DNA from: the human T2T-CHM13v2.0 reference genome, Homo sapiens
Length of the DNA: 64,000 bases
Reading direction: 5' to 3' (one strand)
Assembly (NCBI RefSeq): GCF_009914755.1
Contig: NC_060945.1
How positions within the stretch are numbered: position 1 is the stretch's first letter; the number at the start of each line of letters is the position of its first letter. Of this stretch, positions 25,570-40,900 are shown in pieces. Below the pieces are notes generated by a model, which made no database searches, was not told where the DNA came from, and was given only the letters and a program-made list of their open reading frames with translations. The position numbers and the translations under genes were made by a program.

Positions 25570-28500
25570 ATCAAAGCGCTCCAAATGTCCACTTCCAGAT
25601 TCTTCCAAAAGAGTGTTTCAAACGTGCTCAAAGTAAGGGAATGTTCAACTCTGTGACTTGAATGCAGATATCACCAAGTAGTTTCTAATAGTGCTTCTGT
25701 CTAGATTTTAGATGATGATATTCCCGTTTCCAACGAAATCGCTAGAGCTATCCAAATATCCAGTTACAGTTTCTACCAAAAGGGTGTTTCCAAATTGCTG
25801 CATCAAAAGAAAGGTTCAACTCTGTTAGTTGAGGACACACATCACAAAGAAGTTTGTGAGAATGCTTCTGTCTAGATTTTGTATGACGATATTCCCTTTT
25901 CCAACGATATCGTTAAAGCAATCTAAATATCAATTTGCAGAATCCACAAAAATAGAGTTTCAAAGCTGCTCTGTAAAAAGAAAGGTTCCACTCTGTTAGC
26001 TGAGTACACACATCACAAACTTGTTTCTGAGAATCCTTCTGTCTCGTTTTTATGGGAAGATATTTACTTTTCCACCGTAGGCATCAAAGCGCTCCAAATG
26101 TCCACATCCAGATACTCCAGAAAGAGTGTTTCAAACCTGCTCTATGAAAGGGAATCTTCAACTCTATGAGTTGAATGCAGACATCAGAAAGAAATTTCTG
26201 AGAATGCTGCTGTCTACCTTTCATTTGAATTCCCGCTTCCAACGAAATCCTCCAAGCTATCCAAATATCCACCTGCATTTTCCACAACAAGAGTGTTTCA
26301 AAACTGCTCTATCAATAGAAATGTTCAACTCCTTTGGCTGGGTACACACATCACAAACAAGTTTCTGAGAATGCTTCTGTCTAGTTTTTATGGGAAGACG
26401 TTCCCTTTTTCACCAAAGGCATCAAAGCGCTCCAAATGTCCACTTCCAGACACTACAAAAAGAGTGTTTCCAACGTGCTCTAAGAAAGCGAATGTTCAAC
26501 TCTGTGACTTGAATGCAGATATCACAAAGTAGTTTCTGAGAGGGCTTCTGTCTAGATTTTAGATGATGATATTCCCGTTTCCAACGAAATCATTAGAGCT
26601 ATCCAAATATCCACTTACAGTTTCTACAAAAAGAGTGTTTCCAAACTGCTGCATCAAAAGAGAGGTTCCACTCTGTTAGCTGAGTACACACATCACAAAC
26701 TTGTTTCTCAGAATCCTTCTGTCTCGTTTTTATGGGAAGATATTTACTTTTTCACCGTAGGCATCAAAGCGCTCCAAATGTCCACATCCAGATACTCCAG
26801 AAAGAGTGTTTCAAACCTGCTCTATGAAAGGGAATGTTCAACTCTATGAGTTGAATGCAGACATCAGAAAGAAATTTCTGAGAATGCTGCTGTCTACCTT
26901 TTATTTGAATTCCCGCTTCCAACGAAATCCTCCAAGCTATCCAAATATCCACTTGCAGATTCCACAAAAAGAGTGTTTCAAAACTGCTCTCTATCAATGG
27001 CAAAGTTCAACTCTGTTAGTTGAGGACACATATCACCAACAAGTTTCTGAGAATGCTTCTGTCTATTTTTTAAGGGAAGATATTCCCTTTTTCACCGTAG
27101 GCGTCAAGGCGATCGAAATGTCCACTTTCACAAACTACAAAAAGAGTGTTTCAAACCTGCTCTATGAAAGGCCATGTTCATCTCTATGAGTTGAATGGAT
27201 ATATCCGAAAGAAATTTCTGGGAATGCTGCTGTCTAGTGTTTATACGAATTCCCGATTCCAACGAAATCCTCAAAGCAATCCAAATATCCACTTGCAGAA
27301 TCCACAAAAAGAGTGTTTCAAAACTGCTCTATCAATAGAAATGTTCAACTCTTTTAGTTGAGTACACACATCACGAACAAGTTTCTGAGAATGCTTCTGT
27401 CTGGCTTTTATTGGAAGACGTTTCCTTTTCACCAAAGGCATCAAAGCGCTCCATATGTCCACTTCCAGATTCTTCCAAAAGACTGTTTCAAACGTGCTCA
27501 AAGTAAGGGAATGTTCAACTCTGTGACTTGAATGCAGATATCACCAAGTAGTTTCTAATAGTGCTTCTGTCTAGATTTTAGATGATGATATTCCCGTTTC
27601 CAACGAAATCGTTAGAGCTATCCAAATATCCAGTTACAGTTTCTACCAAAAGGGTGTTTCCAAATTGCTGCATCAAAAGAAAGGTTCAACTCTGTTAGTT
27701 GAGGACACACATCACAAAGAAGTTTGTGAGAATGCTTCTGTCTAGATTTTGTATGACGATATTCCCTTTTCCAACGATATCGTTAAAGCAATCTAAATAT
27801 CAATTTGCAGAATCCACAAAAATAGAGTTTCAAAGCTGCTCTGTAAAAAGAAAGGTTCCACTCTGTTAGCTGAGTACACACATCACAAACTTGTTTCTGA
27901 GAATCCTTCTGTCTCGTTTTTATGGGAAGATATTTACTTTTCCACCGTAGGCATCAAAGCGCTCCAAATGTCCACATCCAGATACTCCAGAAAGAGTGTT
28001 TCAAACCTGCTCTATGAAAGGGAATCTTCAACTCTATGAGTTGAATGCAGACATCAGAAAGAAATTTCTGAGAATGCTGCTGTCTACCTTTTATTTGAAT
28101 TCCCGCTTCCAACGAAATCCTCCAAGCTATCCAAATATCCACCTGCATTTTCCACAAAAAGAGTGTTTCAAAACTGCTCTATCAATAGAAATGTTCAACT
28201 CCTTTGGCTGGGTACACACATCACAAACAAGTTTCTGAGAATGCTTCTGTCTAGTTTTTATGGGAAGACGTTCCCTTTTTCACCAAAGGCATCAAAGCGC
28301 TCCAAATGTCCACTTCCAGACACTACAAAAAGAGTGTTTCAAACGTGCTCTAAGAAAGCGAATGTTCAACTCTGTGACTTGAATGCAGATATCACAAAGT
28401 AGTTTCTGAGAGGGCTTCTGTCTAGATTTTAGATGATGATATTCCCGTTTCCAACGAAATCATTAGAGCTATCCAAATATCCACTTACAGTTTCTACAAA

Positions 28501-31500
28501 AAGAGTGTTTCCAAACTGCTGCATCAAAAGAGAGGTTCCACTCTGTTAGCTGAGTACACACATCACAAACTTGTTTCTCAGAATCCGTCTGTCTCGTTTT
28601 TATGGGAAGATATTTACTTTTTCACCGTAGGCATCAAAGCGCTCCAAATGTCCACATCCAGATACTCCAGAAAGAGTGTTTCAAACCTGCTCTATGAAAG
28701 GGAATGTTCAACTCTATGAGTTGAATGCAGACATCAGAAAGAAATTTCTGAGAATGCTGCTGTCTACCTTTTATTTGAATTCCCGCTTCCAACGAAATCC
28801 TCCAAGCTATCCAAATATCCACTTGCAGATTCCACAAAAAGAGTGTTTCAAAACTGCTCTCTATCAATGGCAAAGTTCAACTCTGTTAGTTGAGGACACA
28901 TATCACCAACAAGTTTCTGAGAATGCTTCTGTCTATTTTTTATGGGAAGATATTTCCTTTTTCACCGTAGGCGTCAAGGCGATCGAAATGTCCACTTCCA
29001 CAAACTACAAAAAGAGTGTTTCAAACCTGCTCTATGAAAGGCCATGTTCATCTCTATGAGTTGAATGGAAATATCCGAAAGAAATTTCTGGGAATGCTGC
29101 TGTCTAGTTTTTATATGAATTCCCGCTTCCAACGAAATCCTCAAAGCAATCCAAATATCCACTTGCAGAATCCACAAAAAGAGTGTTTCAAAACTGCTCT
29201 ATCAATAGAAAGGTTCAACTCTTTTAGTTGAGTACACACATCACAAACAAGTTTCTGAGAATGCTTCTGTCTGGCTTTTATTGGAAGACGTTTCCTTTTC
29301 ACCAAAGGCATCAAAGCGCTCCAAATGTCCACTTCCAGATTCTTCCAAAAGAGTGTTTCAAACGTGCTCAAAGTAAGGGAATGTTCAACTCTGTGACTTG
29401 AATGCAGATATCACCAAGTAGCTTCTAATAGTGCTTCTGTCTAGATTTTAGATGATGATATTCCCGTTTCCAACGAAATCGTTAGAGCTATCCAAATATC
29501 CAGTTACAGTTTCTACCAAAAGGGTGTTTCCAAATTGCTGCATCAAAAGAAAGGTTCAACTCTGTTAGTTGAGGACACACATCACAAAGAAGTTTGTGAG
29601 AATGCTTCTGTCTAGATTTTGTATGACGATATTCCCTTTTCCAACGATATCGTTAAAGCAATCTAAATATCAATTTGCAGAATCCACAAAAATAGAGTTT
29701 CAAAGCTGCTCTGTAAAAAGAAAGGTTCCACTCTGTTAGCTGAGTACACACATCACAAACTTGTTTCTGAGAATCCTTCTGTCTCGTTTTTATGGGAAGA
29801 TATTTACTTTTCCACCGTAGGCATCAAAGCGCTCCAAATGTCCACATCCAGATACTCCAGAACGAGTGTTTCAAACCTGCTCTATGAAAGGGAATCTTCA
29901 ACTCTATGAGTTGAATGCAGACATCAGAAAGAAATTTCTGAGAATGCTGCTGTCTACCTTTTATTTGAATTCCCGCTTCCAACGAAATCCTCCAAGCTAT
30001 CCAAATATCCACCTGCATTTTCCACAAAAAGAGTGTTTCAAAACTGCTCTATCAATAGAAATGTTCAACTCCTTTGGCTGGGTACACACATCACAAACAA
30101 GTTTCTGAGAATGCTTCTGTCTAGTTTTTATGGGAAGACGTTCCCTTTTTCACCAAAGGCATCAAAGCGCTCCAAATGTCCACTTCCAGACACTACAAAA
30201 AGAGTGTTTCAAACGTGCTCTAAGAAAGCGAATGTTCAACTCGGTGACTTGAATGCAGATATCACAAAGTAGTTTCTGAGAGGGCTTCTGTCTAGATTTT
30301 AGATGATGATATTCCCGTTTCCAACGAAATCAGAGCTATCCAAATATCCACTTACAGTTTCTACAAAAAGAGTGTTTCCAAACTGCTGCATCAAAAGAGA
30401 GGTTCCACTCTGTTAGCTGAGTACACACATCACAAACTTGTTTCTCAGATTCCTTCTGTCTCGTTTTTATGGGAAGATATTTACTTTTTCACCGTAGGCA
30501 TCAAAGCGCTCCAAATGTCCACATCCAGAAACTCCAGAAAGAGTGTTTCAAACCTGCTCTATGAAAGGGAATGTTCAACTCTATGAGTTGAATGCAGACA
30601 TCAGAAAGAAATTTCTGAGAATGCTGCTGTCTACCTTTTATTTGAATTCCCACTTCCAACGAAATCCTCCAAGCTATCCAAATATCCACTTGCAGATTCC
30701 ACAAAAAGAGTGTTTCAAAACTGCTCTCTATCAATGGCAAAGTTCAACTCTGTTAGTTGAGGACACATATCACCAACAAGTTTCTGAGAATGCTTCTGTC
30801 TATTTTTTATGGGAAGATATTTCCTTTTTCAGCGTAGGCGTCAAGGCGATCAAAATGTCCACTTCCACAAACTACCAAAAGAGTGTTTCAAACCTGCTCT
30901 ATGAAAGGCCATGTTCATCTCTATGAGTTGAATGGAAATATCCGAAAGAAATTTCTGGGAATGCTGCTGTCTAGTTTTTATATGAATTCCCGCTTCCACC
31001 GAAATCCTCAAAGCAATCCAAATATCCACTTGCAGAATCCACAAAAAGAGTGTTTCAAAACTGCGCTATCAATAGAAAGGTTCAACTCTTTTAGTTGAGT
31101 ACACACATCACAAACAAGTTTCTGAGAATGCTTCTGTCTGGCTTTTATTGGAAGACGTTTCCTTTTCACCAAAGGCATCAAAGCGCTCCAAATGTCCACT
31201 TCCAGATTCTTCCAAAAGAGTGTTTCAAACGTGCTCAAAGTAAGGGAATGTTCAACTCTGTGACTTGAATGCAGATATCACCAAGTAGTTTCTAATAGTG
31301 CTTCTGTCTAGATTTTAGATGATGATATTCCCGTTTCCAACGAAATCGCTAGAGCTATCCAAATATCCAGTTACAGTTTCTACCAAAAGGGTGTTTCCAA
31401 ATTGCTGCATCAAAAGAAAGGTTCAACTCTGTTAGTTGAGGACACACATCACAAAGAAGTTTGTGAGAATGCTTCTGTCTAGATTTTGTATGACGATATT

Positions 31501-34500
31501 CCCTTTTCCAACGATATCGTTAAAGCAATCTAAATATCAATTTGCAGAATCCACAAAAATAGAGTTTCAAAGCTGCTCTGTAAAAAGAAAGGTTCCACTC
31601 TGTTAGCTGAGTACACACATCACAAACTTGTTTCTGAGAATCCTTCTGTCTCGTTTTTATGGGAAGATATTTACTTTTCCACCGTAGGCATCAAAGCGCT
31701 CCAAATGTCCACATCCAGATACTCCAGAAAGAGTGTTTCAAACCTGCTCTATGAAAGGGAATCTTCAACTCTATGAGTTGAATGCAGACATCAGAAAGAA
31801 ATTTCTGAGAATGCTGCTGTCTACCTTTCATTTGAATTCCCGCTTCCAACGAAATCCTCCAAGCTATCCAAATATCCACCTGCATTTTCCACAACAAGAG
31901 TGTTTCAAAACTGCTCTATCAATAGAAATGTTCAACTCCTTTGGCTGGGTACACACATCACAAACAAGTTTCTGAGAATGCTTCTGTCTAGTTTTTATGG
32001 GAAGACGTTCCCTTTTTCACCAAAGGCATCAAAGCGCTCCAAATGTCCACTTCCAGACACTACAAAAAGAGTGTTTCCAACGTGCTCTAAGAAAGCGAAT
32101 GTTCAACTCTGTGACTTGAATGCAGATATCACAAAGTAGTTTCTGAGAGGGCTTCTGTCTAGATTTTAGATGATGATATTCCCGTTTCCAACGAAATCAT
32201 TAGAGCTATCCAAATATCCACTTACAGTTTCTACAAAAAGAGTGTTTCCAAACTGCTGCATCAAAAGAGAGGTTCCACTCTGTTAGCTGAGTACACACAT
32301 CACAAACTTGTTTCTCAGAATCCTTCTGTCTCGTTTTTATGGGAAGATATTTACTTTTTCACCGTAGGCATCAAAGCGCTCCAAATGTCCACATCCAGAT
32401 ACTCCAGAAAGAGTGTTTCAAACCTGCTCTATGAAAGGGAATGTTCAACTCTATGAGTTGAATGCAGACATCAGAAAGAAATTTCTGAGAATGCTGCTGT
32501 CTACCTTTTATTTGAATTCCCGCTTCCAACGAAATCCTCCAAGCTATCCAAATATCCACTTGCAGATTCCACAAAAAGAGTGTTTCAAAACTGCTCTCTA
32601 TCAATGGCAAAGTTCAACTCTGTTAGTTGAGGACACATATCACCAACAAGTTTCTGAGAATGCTTCTGTCTATTTTTTAAGGGAAGATATTCCCTTTTTC
32701 ACCGTAGGCGTCAAGGCGATCGAAATGTCCACTTTCACAAACTACAAAAAGAGTGTTTCAAACCTGCTCTATGAAAGGCCATGTTCATCTCTATGAGTTG
32801 AATGGATATATCCGAAAGAAATTTCTGGGAATGCTGCTGTCTAGTGTTTATACGAATTCCCGATTCCAACGAAATCCTCAAAGCAATCCAAATATCCACT
32901 TGCAGAATCCACAAAAAGAGTGTTTCAAAACTGCTCTATCAATAGAAATGTTCAACTCTTTTAGTTGAGTACACACATCACGAACAAGTTTCTGAGAATG
33001 CTTCTGTCTGGCTTTTATTGGAAGACGTTTCCTTTTCACCAAAGGCATCAAAGCGCTCCATATGTCCACTTCCAGATTCTTCCAAAAGACTGTTTCAAAC
33101 GTGCTCAAAGTAAGGGAATGTTCAACTCTGTGACTTGAATGCAGATATCACCAAGTAGTTTCTAATAGTGCTTCTGTCTAGATTTTAGATGATGATATTC
33201 CCGTTTCCAACGAAATCGTTAGAGCTATCCAAATATCCAGTTACAGTTTCTACCAAAAGGGTGTTTCCAAATTGCTGCATCAAAAGAAAGGTTCAACTCT
33301 GTTAGTTGAGGACACACATCACAAAGAAGTTTGTGAGAATGCTTCTGTCTAGATTTTGTATGACGATATTCCCTTTTCCAACGATATCGTTAAAGCAATC
33401 TAAATATCAATTTGCAGAATCCACAAAAATAGAGTTTCAAAGCTGCTCTGTAAAAAGAAAGGTTCCACTCTGTTAGCTGAGTACACACATCACAAACTTG
33501 TTTCTGAGAATCCTTCTGTCTCGTTTTTATGGGAAGATATTTACTTTTCCACCGTAGGCATCAAAGCGCTCCAAATGTCCACATCCAGATACTCCAGAAA
33601 GAGTGTTTCAAACCTGCTCTATGAAAGGGAATCTTCAACTCTATGAGTTGAATGCAGACATCAGAAAGAAATTTCTGAGAATGCTGCTGTCTACCTTTTA
33701 TTTGAATTCCCGCTTCCAACGAAATCCTCCAAGCTATCCAAATATCCACCTGCATTTTCCACAAAAAGAGTGTTTCAAAACTGCTCTATCAATAGAAATG
33801 TTCAACTCCTTTGGCTGGGTACACACATCACAAACAAGTTTCTGAGAATGCTTCTGTCTAGTTTTTATGGGAAGACGTTCCCTTTTTCACCAAAGGCATC
33901 AAAGCGCTCCAAATGTCCACTTCCAGACACTACAAAAAGAGTGTTTCAAACGTGCTCTAAGAAAGCGAATGTTCAACTCTGTGACTTGAATGCAGATATC
34001 ACAAAGTAGTTTCTGAGAGGGCTTCTGTCTAGATTTTAGATGATGATATTCCCGTTTCCAACGAAATCATTAGAGCTATCCAAATATCCACTTACAGTTT
34101 CTACAAAAAGAGTGTTTCCAAACTGCTGCATCAAAAGAGAGGTTCCACTCTGTTAGCTGAGTACACACATCACAAACTTGTTTCTCAGAATCCGTCTGTC
34201 TCGTTTTTATGGGAAGATATTTACTTTTTCACCGTAGGCATCAAAGCGCTCCAAATGTCCACATCCAGATACTCCAGAAAGAGTGTTTCAAACCTGCTCT
34301 ATGAAAGGGAATGTTCAACTCTATGAGTTGAATGCAGACATCAGAAAGAAATTTCTGAGAATGCTGCTGTCTACCTTTTATTTGAATTCCCGCTTCCAAC
34401 GAAATCCTCCAAGCTATCCAAATATCCACTTGCAGATTCCACAAAAAGAGTGTTTCAAAACTGCTCTCTATCAATGGCAAAGTTCAACTCTGTTAGTTGA

Positions 34501-36785
34501 GGACACATATCACCAACAAGTTTCTGAGAATGCTTCTGTCTATTTTTTATGGGAAGATATTTCCTTTTTCACCGTAGGCGTCAAGGCGATCGAAATGTCC
34601 ACTTCCACAAACTACAAAAAGAGTGTTTCAAACCTGCTCTATGAAAGGCCATGTTCATCTCTATGAGTTGAATGGAAATATCCGAAAGAAATTTCTGGGA
34701 ATGCTGCTGTCTAGTTTTTATATGAATTCCCGCTTCCAACGAAATCCTCAAAGCAATCCAAATATCCACTTGCAGAATCCACAAAAAGAGTGTTTCAAAA
34801 CTGCTCTATCAATAGAAAGGTTCAACTCTTTTAGTTGAGTACACACATCACAAACAAGTTTCTGAGAATGCTTCTGTCTGGCTTTTATTGGAAGACGTTT
34901 CCTTTTCACCAAAGGCATCAAAGCGCTCCAAATGTCCACTTCCAGATTCTTCCAAAAGAGTGTTTCAAACGTGCTCAAAGTAAGGGAATGTTCAACTCTG
35001 TGACTTGAATGCAGATATCACCAAGTAGCTTCTAATAGTGCTTCTGTCTAGATTTTAGATGATGATATTCCCGTTTCCAACGAAATCGTTAGAGCTATCC
35101 AAATATCCAGTTACAGTTTCTACCAAAAGGGTGTTTCCAAATTGCTGCATCAAAAGAAAGGTTCAACTCTGTTAGTTGAGGACACACATCACAAAGAAGT
35201 TTGTGAGAATGCTTCTGTCTAGATTTTGTATGACGATATTCCCTTTTCCAACGATATCGTTAAAGCAATCTAAATATCAATTTGCAGAATCCACAAAAAT
35301 AGAGTTTCAAAGCTGCTCTGTAAAAAGAAAGGTTCCACTCTGTTAGCTGAGTACACACATCACAAACTTGTTTCTGAGAATCCTTCTGTCTCGTTTTTAT
35401 GGGAAGATATTTACTTTTCCACCGTAGGCATCAAAGCGCTCCAAATGTCCACATCCAGATACTCCAGAACGAGTGTTTCAAACCTGCTCTATGAAAGGGA
35501 ATCTTCAACTCTATGAGTTGAATGCAGACATCAGAAAGAAATTTCTGAGAATGCTGCTGTCTACCTTTTATTTGAATTCCCGCTTCCAACGAAATCCTCC
35601 AAGCTATCCAAATATCCACCTGCATTTTCCACAAAAAGAGTGTTTCAAAACTGCTCTATCAATAGAAATGTTCAACTCCTTTGGCTGGGTACACACATCA
35701 CAAACAAGTTTCTGAGAATGCTTCTGTCTAGTTTTTATGGGAAGACGTTCCCTTTTTCACCAAAGGCATCAAAGCGCTCCAAATGTCCACTTCCAGACAC
35801 TACAAAAAGAGTGTTTCAAACGTGCTCTAAGAAAGCGAATGTTCAACTCGGTGACTTGAATGCAGATATCACAAAGTAGTTTCTGAGAGGGCTTCTGTCT
35901 AGATTTTAGATGATGATATTCCCGTTTCCAACGAAATCAGAGCTATCCAAATATCCACTTACAGTTTCTACAAAAAGAGTGTTTCCAAACTGCTGCATCA
36001 AAAGAGAGGTTCCACTCTGTTAGCTGAGTACACACATCACAAACTTGTTTCTCAGATTCCTTCTGTCTCGTTTTTATGGGAAGATATTTACTTTTTCACC
36101 GTAGGCATCAAAGCGCTCCAAATGTCCACATCCAGAAACTCCAGAAAGAGTGTTTCAAACCTGCTCTATGAAAGGGAATGTTCAACTCTATGAGTTGAAT
36201 GCAGACATCAGAAAGAAATTTCTGAGAATGCTGCTGTCTACCTTTTATTTGAATTCCCACTTCCAACGAAATCCTCCAAGCTATCCAAATATCCACTTGC
36301 AGATTCCACAAAAAGAGTGTTTCAAAACTGCTCTCTATCAATGGCAAAGTTCAACTCTGTTAGTTGAGGACACATATCACCAACAAGTTTCTGAGAATGC
36401 TTCTGTCTATTTTTTATGGGAAGATATTTCCTTTTTCAGCGTAGGCGTCAAGGCGATCAAAATGTCCACTTCCACAAACTACCAAAAGAGTGTTTCAAAC
36501 CTGCTCTATGAAAGGCCATGTTCATCTCTATGAGTTGAATGGAAATATCCGAAAGAAATTTCTGGGAATGCTGCTGTCTAGTTTTTATATGAATTCCCGC
36601 TTCCACCGAAATCCTCAAAGCAATCCAAATATCCACTTGCAGAATCCACAAAAAGAGTGTTTCAAAACTGCGCTATCAATAGAAAGGTTCAACTCTTTTA
36701 GTTGAGTACACACATCACAAACAAGTTTCTGAGAATGCTTCTGTCTGGCTTTTATTGGAAGACGTTTCCTTTTCACCAAAGGCAT
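25570..36785. repeat. Tandem duplication of a 3-HOR unit (2 x 5607 bp); ends approximate
   Basis: Haplotypes A, B and C recur at +5607, including a shared 3-bp deletion at 30332 and 35939. Confidence 0.88.
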
Positions 36786-37999
36786 CAAAGCGCTCCAAAT
36801 GTCCACTTCCAGATTCTTCCAAAAGAGTGTTTCAAACGTGCTCAAAGTACGGGAATGTTCAACTCTGTGACTTGAATGCAGATATCACCAAGTAGTTTCT
36901 AATAGTGCTTCTGTCTAGATTTTAGATGATGATATTCCCGTTTCCAACGAAATCGTTAGAGCTATCCAAATATCCAGTTACAGTTTCTACCAAAAGGGTG
37001 TTTCCAAATTGCTGCATCAAAAGAAAGGTTCAACTCTGTTAGTTGAGGACACACATCACAAAGAAGTTTGTGAGAATGCTTCTGTCTAGATTTTGTATGA
37101 CGATATTCCCTTTTCCAACGATATCGTTAAAGCAATCTAAATATCAATTTGCAGAATCCACAAAAATAGAGTTTCAAAGCTGCTCTGTAAAAAGAAAGGT
37201 TCCACTCTGTTAGCTGAGTACACACATCACAAACTTGTTTCTGAGAATCCTTCTGTCTCGTTTTTATGGGAAGATATTTACTTTTCCACCGTAGGCATCA
37301 AAGCGCTCCAAATGTCCACATCCAGATACTCCAGAAGGAGTGTTTCAAACCTGCTCTATGAAAGGGAATCTTCAACTCTATGAGTTGAATGCAGACATCA
37401 GAAAGAAATTTCTGAGAATGCTGCTGTCTACCTTTTATTTGAATTCCCGCTTCCAACGAAATCCTCCAAGCTATCCAAATATCCACTTGCATTTTCCACA
37501 ACAAGAGTGTTTCAAAACTGCTCTATCAATAGAAATGTTCAACTCCTTTGGCTGGGTACACACATCACAAACAAGTTTCTGAGAATGCTTCTGTCTAGTT
37601 TTTATGGGAAGACATTCCCTTTTTCACCAAAGGCATCAAAGCGCTCCAAATGTCCACTTCCAGACACTACAAAAAGAGTGTTTCAAACGTGCTCTAAGAA
37701 AGCGAATGTTCAACTCTGTGACTTGAATGCAGATATCACAAAGTAGTTTCTGAGAGTGCTTCTGTCTAGATTTTAGATGATGATATTCCCGTTTCCAACG
37801 AAATCATTAGAGCTATCCAAATATCCACTTACAGTTTCTACAAAAAGAGTGTTTCCAAACTGCTGCATCAAAAGAGAGGTTCCACTCTGTTAGCTGAGTA
37901 CACACATCACAAACTTGTTTCTCAGAATCCTTCTGTCTCGTTTTTATGGGAAGATATTTACTTTTTCACCGTAGGCATCAAAGCGCTCCAAATGTCCAC

Positions 38000-40900
38000 A
38001 TCCAGATACTCCAGAAAGAGTGTTTCAAACCTGCTCTATGAAAGGGAATCTTCAACTCTATGAGTTGAATGCAGACATCAGAAAGAAATTTCTGAGAATG
38101 CTGCTGTCTACCTTTTATTTGAATTCCCGCTTCCAACGAAATCCTCCAAGCTATCCAAATATCCACTTGCAGATTCCACAAAAAGAGTGTTTCAAAACTG
38201 CTCTCTATCAATGGCAAAGTTCAACTCTGTTAGTTGAGGACACATATCACCAACAAGTTTCTGAGAATGCTTCTGTCTATTTTTTATGGGAAGATATTTC
38301 CTTTTTCACCGTAGGCGTCAAGGCGATCGAAATGTCCACTTCCACAAACTACAAAAAGCGTGTTTCAAACCTGCTCTATGAAAGGCCATGTTCATCTCTA
38401 TGAGTTGAATGGAAATATCCGAAAGAAATTTCTGGGAATGCTGCTGTCTAGTGTTTATACGAATTCCCGCTTCCAACGAAATCCTCAAAGCAATCCAAAT
38501 ATCCACTTGCAGAATCCACAAAAAGAGTGTTTCAAAACTGCTCTATCAATAGAAAGGTTCAACTCTTTTAGTTGAGTACACACATCACGAACAAGTTTCT
38601 GAGAATGCTTCTGTCTGGCTTTTATTGGAAGACGTTTCCTTTTCACCAAAGGCATCAAAGCGCTCCAAATGTCCACTTCCAGATTCTTCCAAAAGAGTGT
38701 TTCAAACGTGGTCGAAGTAAGGGAATGTTCAACTCTGTGACTTGAATGCAGATATCACCAAGTAGTTTCTAATAGTGCTTCTGTCTACATTTTGATGATG
38801 ATATTCCCGTTTCCAACGAAATCGTTAGAGCTATCCAAATATCCAGTTAGTTTCTACCAAAAGGGTGTTTCCAAATTGCTGCATCAAAAGAAAGGTTCAA
38901 CTCTGTTAGTTGAGGACACACATCACAAAGAAGTTTGTGAGAATGCTTCTGTCTAGATTTTGTATGACGATATTCCCTTTTCCAATGATATCGTTAAAGC
39001 AATCTAAATATCAATTTGCAGAATCCACAAAAATAGAGTTTCAAAGCTGCTCTGTAAAAAGAAAGGTTCCACTCTGTTAGCTGAGTACACACATCACAAA
39101 CTTGTTTCTGAGAATCCTTCTGTCTCGTTTTTATGGGAAGATATTTACTTTTTCACCGTAGGCATCAAAGCGCTCCAAATGTCCACATCCAGATACTCCA
39201 GAACGAGTGTTTCAAACCTACTCTATGAAAGGGAATCTTCAACTCTATGAGTTGAATGCAGACATCAGAAAGAAATTTCTGAGAATGCTGCTGTCTACCT
39301 TTTATTTGAATTCCCGCTTCCAACGAAATCCTCCAAGCTATCCAAATATCCACTTGCATTTTCCACAACAAGAGTGTTTCAAAACTGCTCTATCAATAGA
39401 AATGTTCAACTCCTTTGGCTGGGTACACACATCACAAACAAGTTTCTGAGAATGCTTCTGTCTAGTTTTTATGGGAAGACATTCCCTTTTTCACCAAAGG
39501 CATCAAAGCGCTCCAAATGTCCACTTCCAGACACTACAAAAAGAGTGTTTCAAACGTGCTCTAAGAAAGCGAATGTTCAACTCTGTGACTTGAATGCAGA
39601 TATCACAAAGTAGTTTCTGAGAGTGCTTCTGTCTAGACTTTAGATGATGATATTCCCGTTTCCAACGAAATCATTAGAGCTATCCAAATATCCACTTACA
39701 GTTTCTACAAAAAGAGTGTTTCCAAACTGCTGCATGAAAAGAGAGGTTCCACTCTGTTAGCTGAGTACACACATCACAAACTTGTTTCTCAGAATCCGTC
39801 TGTCTCGTTTTTATGGGAAGATATTTACTTTTTCACCGTAGGCATCAAAGCGCTCCAAATGTCCACATCCAGATACTCCAGAAAGAGTGTTTCAAACCTG
39901 CTCTATGAAAGGGAATCTTCAACTCTATGAGTTGAATGCAGACATCAGAAAGAAATTTCTGAGAATGCTGCTGTCTACCTTTTATTTGAATTCCCGCTTC
40001 CAACGAAATCCTCCAAGCTATCCAAATATCCACTTGCAGATTCCACAAAAAGAGTGTTTCAAAACTGCTCTCTATCAATGGCAAAGTTCAACTCTGTTAG
40101 TTGAGGACACATATCACCAACAAGTTTCTGAGAATGCTTCTGTCTATTTTTTATGGGAAGATATTTCCTTTTTCACCGTAGGCGTCAAGGCGATCGAAAT
40201 GTCCACTTCCACAAACTACAAAAAGCGTGTTTCAAACCTGCTCTATGAAAGGCCATGTTCATCTCTATGAGTTGAATGGAAATATCCGAAAGAAATTTCT
40301 GGGAATGCTGCTGTCTAGTGTTTATACGAATTCCCGCTTCCAACGAAATCCTCAAAGCAATCCAAATATCCACTTGCAGAATCCACAAAAAGAGTGTTTC
40401 AAAACTGCTCTATCAATAGAAAGGTTCAACTCTTTTAGTTGAGTACACACATCACGAACAAGTTTCTGAGAATGCTTCTGTCTGGCTTTTATTGGAAGAC
40501 GTTTCCTTTTCACCAAAGGCATCAAAGCGCTCCAAATGTCCACTTCCAGATTCTTCCAAAAGAGTGTTTCAAACGTGGTCGAAGTAAGGGAATGTTCAAC
40601 TCTGTGACTTGAATGCAGATATCACCAAGTAGTTTCTAATAGTGCTTCTGTCTACATTTTGATGATGATATTCCCGTTTCCAACGAAATCGTTAGAGCTA
40701 TCCAAATATCCAGTTAGTTTCTACCAAAAGGGTGTTTCCAAATTGCTGCATCAAAAGAAAGGTTCAACTCTGTTAGTTGAGGACACACATCACAAAGAAG
40801 TTTGTGAGAATGCTTCTGTCTAGATTTTGTATGACGATATTCCCTTTTCCAATGATATCGTTAAAGCAATCTAAATATCAATTTGCAGAATCCACAAAAA

